A DNA stretch of 64,000 nt. Origin: Klebsormidium nitens (taxonomy: Eukaryota; Plantae; Klebsormidiophyceae). Location of the stretch: contig DF237000.1 in assembly GCA_000708835.1 (NCBI GenBank), positions 128,166 to 192,165 on the forward strand, in the 5' to 3' direction. Positions 46,101 to 55,564 of the stretch are shown piece after piece. The notes beneath the pieces were generated by a model. The model saw nothing but the letters and a program-made list of their open reading frames with translations, did not search any database and had not been told where the DNA came from. Position 1 is the first letter of the stretch. Each line of letters begins with the position of its first letter. A program made the position numbers and the translations under genes.

Positions 46101-49100
46101 TGCACTGCCCACTTGCGATTCGAAGTTGTATGGCCGTGGCACCGTTGAACTTGCTGAGGTGCTTCTATTGGATTCTTGCCTCTGGTTCTCCTGTGCTGGA
46201 GGCTTATATTCATCCTCTGCCCCTTCGTTCTACCCGTTTGTTTCCGGTATTTTGGTGGTGGCTGGGACGAGGTTGGACTCTGGGTGATCGTAGCCCATTG
46301 CTAATGTCTGGATGGTAAACTGATGCTGCCAGCTCCCTCATTGGACCGGCTCGTGCACGGGCTTATAGAATCTACAATTATTTCGCACCAGGATCAATTC
46401 GCATCAGGATGAGCTGATATGCACCGAAGAGTTGAAGGACTCATGTAGAACGCTTACGGTGCTGGGAAGACATGGGCATTTGCTGTTGGCTCCTTCCCGT
46501 GGAATTCATGTCTTTCGGTTCCCTTTGCCAAGTGGAAGTCGAGGTTACGGAGAGCGTCCCTGATGAAAATTGTGGAAAGGGTGTCCGAGACGATTGGAGC
46601 AGACAAACTCCTCAAAACATGTAGAGGAAAACCTGGGCTCGATGAGATCTACAAATCTCCAGAATTCTCTGCATCCTTTTTAGATTTCACCCGTTGCATA
46701 AGAAGCTCCTCCGGACCAGTCCGGTCTGAAAATAAGAGCCGCCAGCTTGTTACTTGTTTCGCCAATGCTGTTGCGTATTAGCATTCAGTCCGAGCTTTTG
46801 AAATTGAAGAGGGGTTTGATTGATGACGTGATGCGGTGCAGGTAGCACGGGAGTCGCTCTTGGACAAGACAGCAATCCCTCCACCGGGAGAGACAGTAAG
46901 ATGCACTCGCTTTGGAGGGTTTAAGTCATTACGCTGGTATAAAGTCAGTGTGGAACCAAGATCAAGTCGAAACCTACACGAATCCAACCAAATAAGATTC
47001 TTAACCTCCCACTGGACTCTACTAGACAGCCCCCCGATGGAATATTACGGAGATTGCTTTTGTATCACCGCTTACTACGTCGGAGTTCAGGGTCTGCAAG
47101 CGGTTGCCACCTGCAGGTACTGCGTTTTTCAACTCTTGAAGTAGAGCCGCTCGTTGCACTACCAAAAAGTCTTCGAGACAACTTTTCACTGAGGAAACTT
47201 TGTATTCCTGTTTTTGACAAAACAAGACTACATATTAAGAGGAGAGCATGCGGTCTTGATTGCAAGCGATGCTCTTTGGCGCTTGGCAGCCACCAAAATC
47301 CGTATTCGAAGTGACATGACAACAGCGTCATTTTTCTCCTCCCTTAATCAGCCCGGCCTGTGCCAGTGCGGCGCCCTTCGGACAACATGCGTATTTATGT
47401 AAAGGCGAACCCGATACGGCCTAGCAGAACATGCAAGTTTCAAGCATGTTTAGCTTTTGCAAAGCTTCTGACGAACACTCATTATTAGTTTGTTAGGCGA
47501 CAGCGTCCCGGCCTGACCCAGTGTGGCGGCCTTCAAAGAAGCTTTAACATCTCTGGAGCACATTCCTCTTCGTGGACACGACGCCTTTAAGAAGGATTGT
47601 GAATATTACACATGTTTGTCTCTAAAATATCCAACGGAAGTCATCCTCTTTCTTGTAGGCGACAGCGCCCCGGCCGGAACCCGTGCGGCGGCCTTCAGAG
47701 AGCCTACACGACTCCTTAGAGCCCATCCCGCTGCGACTGAACACGACCCCCTACCCCCGCGAGATTCGGGAGCACTTTTACCGGGAGGCGTGCTTAGCGG
47801 CCAAGAACGCGGTCAACGACGGGTTGCACCAACTAGAGGTGGGTGCCCTAGATTGAATATAAGTAGGGGGCATCTTTTGTTTTGATTTCCACTGAGAAGC
47901 TCTCGTTTGATAGACGATGTTTGCAAAGCATCACTACTTCGAAGGGTGGGAGACGGTGCAACGCTCGGGTTGCGGAAAGCCCGGCCCGAGGGTCGGCAAA
48001 CGACGGAATGAGCAGCCTAGCAACTGGCTCATCCGAGTTGTGAAAGGCAAGGACCGGATTGTGAGCGGAGAATAGACATGCATGACGTCCTTTGTTTAAT
48101 CGAGTGTGTGACGTCATCCGTCCGTTGGCTTGAAGTTACGTGCCGGTTTGAGCCTCCATATGTACCCGCAATTTCAGCCTTTCGGCGCTTTTCCTGCTAG
48201 GAGTTTGACCTGCTCAAGCACGCAGAAGGACTCGTGACAAGGCAAGGAAGCGCGTCGTACGGCCCGAGTTCTGTGATAAGAAGACGGCTGCGCTCAACTG
48301 TTGACGTCATACGCACTCACTTTGCTGACATCACCTGCAGATCCGGTGCATCATCCCCGAGCTGAACCCTGAGATGGACGTGTACCGGATCGGCACCCTC
48401 CTGGAGCTCATGCGCGAGCTCGCCTTCACCTTTGCTGACGACGGCAAGCGCGTCAAGGTGAGCCACGCTCACGTCAGCACGTCGTCTTGCTATCCAAAGC
48501 TTCCACTTCTTTCGTGGCCGTCGAGTGCGATGTTTTCTGCCGGCCGTTCAGTTGTTGGTAGGGGTTGCTTGGAAAGGGTATAAGCGTTCCCAAACCTTAA
48601 AAGCGACGAAATCCTTATTCATTGCTGCTGTTAAGTGCCGCTTCTTCCGTCGACCTCCTCTGTAGGTGTGCGTGCCGGGGAGCATGGAAACTGTATCTTT
48701 CCGGCGTGCGGCTTGCAGCGTTACAATCTTATGATAACCACGTTTCTAAACTTAGAACTCGCTCAAAGCTGGTCGCTGCTGCTAACTGCCGGTTCTGCCT
48801 CCGTTTCCTTACTGCAGGTTTACATTTGAAAGCTGCATGGGGACGGCATCGTCTCCGTCTTGCCGCTCGCAAAGCCTAAGGTCGACAACTCAGAAGCCTA
48901 AAGCACAGAATTTTTCGCCGCCGAAAGAAGGTCGAGAAGGTCGCCGCCGCTGACCGCCGACTCTTTCTCGTGTCGGTGCTGCAGGTGTGCGTGCAGGGCA
49001 GCATGGGGGACGGCATCTTCTCCGGCATGCCGCTCGCGCTGGCCGGCACGCGGCGCATCATTGAGAGCATGGACTGGGGGGACGAGGAGGACAAGGCCAA

Positions 49101-52100
49101 CTTCATCCGCTTCGGAGCCGTTGGTAAGACCGCTCTTTAACGCTAGAAGTTCCGTTCCTCGAAATTATTCTTTGAGGGTTTCATGTTACTCATCTTCGAG
49201 GAGGTGTTTTCCCTAATAGTGTGATACCCTTCTTTGAGAAGCTTGTTTACTTAGATGATCCTTGCGTGTTGAAGGACGGGAACGAGCGGCCAAATTTATA
49301 TGCTAAGGAGCTGCCGGCACAGGCGACTTGTATCTCGAGTCTTTCGCCTCCTTCAGGTCTCAATTGTGATTCGGTCCACGTTTGCGGTCTTCGTGGCGAA
49401 TCAATCCGGCTTATTGGTGGCCCGTGGCTGAAGCGCCTCCTGCCGAGACGCAAGAAAATAGATACAAGCGGGACAGCTCAGCTTTGCTACGTGCTTCTTC
49501 TCTTTCGCTTCTTGATCTTGGAGCGTCGCTCGCAAACCAAGCCGTGCGACAAGTATGGGCTGCTTCTGTGTTGGGACCATGCTCGACGAACGACGGAAAA
49601 TAACAAGAAGGCAACGCTTTTCTAATCAAGCTTGTGTGCAATGGAAATCTGTTCTCACCCTCTCTGCCTCAATCCTCAGGAGCGAAGGAAGTAACCGATG
49701 AGGACGACCTCTTTATCGTCATGGCGCCCCAAAACGCGGTTGCGAACTGCATTATTCCGGTGAGGCCGCCGTTCCGTTGCAATCCGTTGTCCGAGGAGTG
49801 TTATCCCGTCTCGGTCGACCATTATTGGGCAGTTTCTCAGGCCTTACGAATGGAGTACTGTCCGGATCCGTGTGACACTGTGGGTCGTTTGCTGACGAAT
49901 TCCGTACATCCACCGAAAGGCTCAAGACAGGCTCCCCTCGTGGCATATGGCGGGCTAGAGGTCCGATAGCAAGAAAAAGCTTCTGCTTTTAGATAGATAT
50001 ATAAGAAAGAAAGAAGAACTGTATAAATGGCACTTGAGAACTTCTCGTAGTGACTTTGCTCTTGAAGCTCGAAATGAAGGTCATAGAAGCATATATAGCA
50101 CACCAAGCGCCCCAAGCGTTCCTTGTGATCGGCGCGGAGTCAGACAGTGCTCGAGGAGCTAACGGAAGCGGAATAAACGAACGGTACTGTCGCAAATGAC
50201 TCTTGAGAAAGTGCGTAATGGCTACTGCTCTTTGCAGGATCTGGAAGCGATGCTGGAGGCTGCGGGAACGCGGCCGCTGATTATAGTGAACCCGCGACTG
50301 AAGGTCAGTGGTTCGCTTCACAATTCTTGGGCTTGAAACGCAGTAGGTCCCAAATTCTCCCATATCGGACGACATCAGGATGATGCGTACGTTCTTCGGG
50401 ACGCTCCTAGTAGGATTTTGTACCCTTCTTATTGATTTTGAAACGCTTCGGCCCCGCTTCGGCGGAAGTGTAAAATCGTCTCAAGACCAGATTACCAAGA
50501 ATTTAACGCCTCTTTCACGTTCACGGACGCTAGTAAAGCCATTTGATGGCCCGCGAACAAGCTTGCACGCTTTTTTTTGCAGGTCGTGCCTAGCTCAGCC
50601 GGCGTGATGCAAGTTCACGGACGCCAGGAGGGCTCCTTGTACAGAGTCGGACGCTGCTCAAATTTCTCGGACGCATAATGCTCACGTGCTTCTCTTGCAG
50701 GACGTCCCAAACTCGGCGGGCGTATGCAGATCCGCGGGCGCAAAAAGCGGGTCCCCCCGGGCCGTACTCATTCGGACGCTGCTTATTTTTTGGACGCACA
50801 AATGCTCTCGCACTTTTTCCCACAGGACGTGCCTAGGTCGGCGGGCATAGTGTAAACTCGCGGGCGCAAGGAGCGCTCCTCGTACTGATTCGGACGCTGC
50901 TCAGCTGGTTCGGACGCTTGAATGCTCGCACACTGTATCTTGCGGCATAATGTAGATCCGCGCGCGAGAGGAGCGCTCCTCTTACATCACGGTTCAAGTT
51001 TCTGCAATGAAAGTCTGTCAAGCGGGCAGGTTTGACGAACTTTGGAGTACCGCTACTCTTGGGAGGAAGACTCGTGTGCCCCAGTGCATGCCGACGCCGA
51101 CGGCAAGTCTTACTTGATGTTATTGTCGACAACAATGGGGTGTAATAATAGTGACACAGTCAGACGCTGCTAAGATTTTGTTGACTCATGAACGCCCGCG
51201 CACTGTTTCTTGCAGGACGTGCCCTGCTCTTCGGACGATGTAGAGTTACGGACGAGACAAGGGCTCCTCGTAAGGAGCCCGACGCTCCTGAGAGTTTTTG
51301 GACGTTCGGACACAGCAGCTCAATCTTTTGGGACCCTGCTCGAATCATTCGGACGCAGAAGTGCTCGCGCATTTTGTCCTGCAGGACGTGCCTAGCTCCG
51401 CGGGCGTGATGCAGATCCGCGGGCGCGAGGAGCGCGAGCGCTTCACCGCGTCGTTCTTCCAGTGCTACAACTTCCGGCTGCTCTACAAGGCCGCCACCAA
51501 CTTCTACCCCATCATGGGCGCACTCAGGTAGCCGGCCGTGAACCTCAACGCTCCGATCCTCACAGTGTGAACCTGGAATTTTCAATCATAGCCAGCATGA
51601 ATCAGAGTTAACCACTCATACCAGCGTCAACAAATGTTTACTTCAGCGACTCTAACATACACCCTTCAGTCTAAAAAAACGTTTCTTCTATCACGGGCGC
51701 GCGGTGAGGTAGACGTCTTTGATCGAAATCCTCCTATTTATCGATTGGACGCAAATCGTCCAATTCTAGCGGCCCGATCATCGGATCCCACAAAGTCATT
51801 CTGCTACTAACGTCGTTCTGTAAGACCTGGGCGGAAAGTCGTTGTTTCGGTTCCTCGCCTTGTTGTAGAGCAAGAAGGTCCGAGCGTCAGGATTCAAGTT
51901 TCCAAACGTCCTCAGGCCCGCCGCACGGAATGTTTAGGCCGTCCTCTGATTGCGATGACACTCCAAACAGCCCGGAAGCAAAGCTTTGCTCGCTTATAGC
52001 CGATTGGGATTGTCGACGTGTTTGTTAGCCATTGGACTTTGCCGATTAGCGTTCGGCCTGTCCTTCTGGAGTCGATGCCCCTCGACCTGCCGCCATAATT

Positions 52101-52408
52101 GAGCAATTGACTTTCGAATTTCGCTGCTACTTGAGTCCATAAATTGCACTGTTCACACCTCTTCGGCGTTTCGCAGGTACGTATACCCTGGCAAGTACGA
52201 GGTCTATCGGCGGAAGGATATGGGCTTCGGCGAGGAGCGGTACGACTTGCTTGGCGAGTTTGACGAGGAGCCCATGAAGCAGGACCTGGGGGACGTGTTG
52301 TACGGGCGGCGAAAGGTTGGGGAAAAGAAGCTGAAAACCAGGTACGGGGCCACTTTTTCTGCCGAATTTTGCTATGTTCCCCTCCAAGATTTATCAGACT
52401 TTTACTGA
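31128..52408 (+). CDS. AMK5: Chloroplast adenylate kinase with a C-terminal DUF1995 domain (AMK5-type fusion)
   Basis: Transit-peptide-like start [15 protein letters not shown] at 31128; its link to the next exon is unresolved. Exons 32223-32324 ([14 protein letters not shown]), 32810-32938 ([16 protein letters not shown]), 33772-33906 ([14 protein letters not shown]), 34466-34612 ([18 protein letters not shown]), 35074-35148, 35835-35912, 36897-36950. DUF1995 exons 47659-47838, 48341-48457 ([23 protein letters not shown]), 48985-49123, 49680-49759, 50238-50303, 51385-51527 ([28 protein letters not shown]), then 52177 onward. Phases are consistent; the 3' end is approximate. Confidence 0.92.
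37650..46700. pseudogene. Decayed multi-copy sequence family inside the giant intron (unidentified pseudogene or element relics)
   Basis: Internal direct homology: cgatggtcaggaggaggtgcgccgt at 38602 and 41484; gaatggcaaggaaggcgaca at 38997 and 41917. Homology to 53-64 kb (see findings). No long intact ORF; frequent stops and frameshifts. Confidence 0.7.
45877..45909 (+). repeat. (TTC)11 microsatellite
   Basis: Eleven perfect TTC units read directly. Confidence 0.95.
50560..51384 (+). repeat. Tandem array (period about 120 bp) of degenerate copies of the acceptor plus 5' end of exon 51385
   Basis: Exon-like starts after polypyrimidine-CAG at 50583, 50701, 50826 and 51216, plus a partial copy near 50945. 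Each resembles gacgtgcctagctccgcgggcgtgatgcagatccgcgggcgc. Confidence 0.85.
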
Positions 52409-55400
52409 GTTGTTGAGCTGTCTGTCTCTTCGTTGGATCTGAATCGCAATGACGGTGTTCTTCGATGCAGTCCGCGATCGATAGAGCGCGGAAGATTTGC
52501 ATGGCCTGTCAAAAACTGCCCTTTCGAAAGATACGCACGTCACAACCTTTTCTTGACCTCGCCGATTGTCGGTGGGAACGGCAGTAGCAGTTCTAATCGG
52601 AGAGCAAGTTCTGAAGCATGTGGGAATCATGCAAGAACAGTATCTGACCTATATACACGTGGTACTCTGCAGGGGTTTGTTTGGATAGAGCGATGGAGAT
52701 TGGCTTCGCACGTTTTGACTACCTGTTCTATACTGGATTGGAGAGCAATTCTTCCAGGCCCTTAAAGAGTGCATGCGGCACTCAGTACAACACCCAATTT
52801 GAACATGTACATTGGTCGATTCGCCGCTTGCGTTTAATAATGTTTCGCAGCAGCTTTTTGTCACCTTCTGATGAAAGTCCTGCGATAATCCTGCACCGCT
52901 CTTTGCCACCAACCACTGCTGGACCGCTGGAGCGGACTGTCACCACTGTGCTCGGGAGCCATCTTTACGAAGCCGAAAGAAGCTTCGGAACTTATTTGAA
53001 CTCTGCTGATTACCGATTGGTTGCCATCATTGATTGCCACTGATTGCAATTTGGTGATCCAACTTGTTAGTTTACATTCACTGTTTTAAAAGCGCGTGCA
53101 TAGTGCAGACTAGTGCTACTTTATCATCGGCAATCATCTGTCCCATTCAGTCTGACACTGTCGATGCTTTGGTTTCTGGTAAGCTTAATCTATTGGCCGG
53201 AACCGCAAGAGAAAGGCTCGGCGTGTGACCGAGATAGACTTCAACATACGTTTTCCTTGCGCTTATGTGTGATCGTCGCAAGAGAAGGCCAAAGTATTGT
53301 ACAAAAGGTTGCATGGTTTGGCATCCGAGCGTTGGCTAGAAGAATCGACAAAGGATTGTCATTCTTTGAGGTGTTCCGAATCACCCAGACGGTTGTGTGC
53401 TTGTTCGAGCCCTCGCATACACATAGTTTCGCTGCACCCGCGCGAAATAGCCCTTGGATACCTGCCGCGCAACCATTGCATCTGGGCTGTTCACAAGAAG
53501 GGATCCCCCTCGGCCGACCGGGCTGGCAAACCTTCCTCATGATTGCTTGCATAGTTTGCCGCTGAAGTTCGTTGCCGATTTCTGAGCTGACTTTGAGAAG
53601 TATATGAGGCTCTTCTGATGTCTTGTTCTCAACTTTGAGTTGTATTCGTCAGCCTTTTCAGCCCCGATTGCATCGTGATTTGTCCCGTACTCTTCTCAAG
53701 CTGCCAAAAGTTTGGTGCGGATGGCTAGGAGGATTCTTCTTCTAGGCATGGAGCGTTGCTCCAGCGAGCTATTTATCTTCGGACGCCTCCGAAAGGATGT
53801 TGGTTGGGTCTGCCATGCTAAAGCTTGTCTACACTCAACTCCTTCCTGATTTGAGTTCTTCTAAGGCCTCTTAACTAGCGATAACTTGTAGATCGGAGTT
53901 GTTCGAATAATTTGATGACAAGCTGTAATGCTGTTTGAACCATCTTTGAGGTCGCAGTACGTGATCCTTTGGCGCTATGTTCTATTGTCACGCACAGGAA
54001 CGATCGTAAGGAGGATGTGCTCCGTTGTTGATAGTTGACACAAGGTTTCGTAATTTGTGCCCAGGGTGGCAGTCGAAACGCAAAGGAGGCATCAATTGCC
54101 CCGGCCCCTCAATACTTCCGTTTTGGTTGAGACGTTGATCTCTTCTTGTAAGCATGAGGATACCAAACCCATGCAGCTGACCTTGCCACTCCTATCAACG
54201 TCCTTTCGGTTTCGCGCTGATGGATATTAGTTCCGCCTTCGTCGTGTCTTGACGTTACGAATACCTGCCAACGGGTTCGCTTTCGGCTGAAATCCTATAA
54301 AGGTTGGTCGTTGGGGCCTCCTTGTGAAAGACAAGTAGTAGTCTGCTCATCTGTTATTATCACATGAGCAAGCTAGGACTGCCCATATCCGTGCAGACGG
54401 TCTTGGGTTTGGTCGCTTTCGAGGTGCCGCTCTACCCTCCTTAGACTGTTCGTTTGTAAGGTGTTTTTGGTAGCTTTCTTGCAAGCCGGGCTCAGATAAG
54501 TGCCTTTAGAACAGCCTCTCACAAACTCGTTAGCAGACGAAACGTGTCCATCGGCGGCCATCAAGACACACATGTGCAAACGGAAGGTTCTCAAACCTGC
54601 TTCCACAGTTTGGCCTTCGTGCCTCGGCAGTCTACGACCCGTTGGTCGAGTTGTTCTCTCGCCCTTCTCGTACGCTGCGGTGGCTGGGACGATTGCTGCT
54701 TGTTGGGTCGTTACCCCAATCCAAGGGACTCTTGTCTGCTGACGCCATTGAAGCCGCACAACGTGTTTCTGAAAGTGCAAGTTTGGTTGACGATAAGAGT
54801 TACCCCGGATTGCTTTATGAAGCCAAAGGCCTGGAAAAAAGAAGGTATATCTCGGTGGCATGTCAGCGTTCGGAATCGTTGATTCAACCTCTGTCGCGGT
54901 GCTTGCAAACAAATTAACACGTCGTGTCCAGGGCGCTCCGCTTGACTCAGTCGACACATCAAAAGTTATGGCGGGGATGTCGATGGAACGTGCCTGCTGG
55001 GTGCTGAGCCCAATAGGTCTGTGGTAAGTCTGGAGCCACAAACTCTGAAGCTCCCCTGTGCACCGACGATCTGATCGACTCTTAGTTCCGCCAATCTACT
55101 TCCATTCTGAAAGTTGCCTGCTTGGCAGCAGGTACCGGGTTGAAGTATTGGATGACTGGCTGCTAAAGCAGTCCAGCAACACTGGTCGCTGGGATACATT
55201 GACCAACTGGCTGTTTACTCATTGAAGTCAGAGAGAAAATACCTGACGCCATACGTCACAATAATTGGTTGCGCAATGATTGGTCTGGTTGGTTTTTTGT
55301 TACTGTTCTCTTCCTTGTCTGTTGAAGGAGGTGGCTAGGACGAAATCTGCGCGTTGAGTCTTTGCTCAGATGCTGGATGGGCCTGAACGAAGCCATTGTG

Positions 55401-55517
55401 TTGAAGGCCAGTTTCGGCCATTGAACGCTTTTGTAATACTGTAGTGCAGAAACAGTGTTCGCAACTTGGAGCAAGTTGTGTCATCGAAGGCGATATAATC
55501 CTGACCTTACCAATCTT

Positions 55518-55564
55518 TGTAACGTACTCTAAGTCCACCAGTATCTGTAACGTACTCTAAGTCC
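55518..55564 (+). repeat. 19-bp direct tandem duplication (period 28)
   Basis: tgtaacgtactctaagtcc at 55518 and 55546. Confidence 0.9.

Larger units (their letters stand above)
36951..47658 (+). other. Giant (10,708-bp) phase-0 intron of the AK-DUF1995 gene
   Basis: Donor GAG|gtgagc at 36951 and acceptor cttgtag|GCG at 47658. The flanking exons join in frame with no stop. Other resolved introns in the window are about 0.05-1.3 kb. Confidence 0.75.

Noticed and set aside
45816-46213. ORFs with poly-Lys or poly-Arg tracts
   Set aside because: Artefacts of the (TTC)11 microsatellite within decayed repeat DNA.
50560-51384. CRISPR-like or protein-coding repeat array
   Set aside because: Eukaryotic intron context, degenerate units with no unique spacers and no cas genes. 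The units derive from the adjacent exon junction.
54373-55041. 222-aa - strand ORF (and similar 130-180-aa ORFs at 42135, 44866, 53113 and 59126) as intact genes
   Set aside because: Homologous copies do not keep the same frame open. These are chance open stretches within the decayed family.
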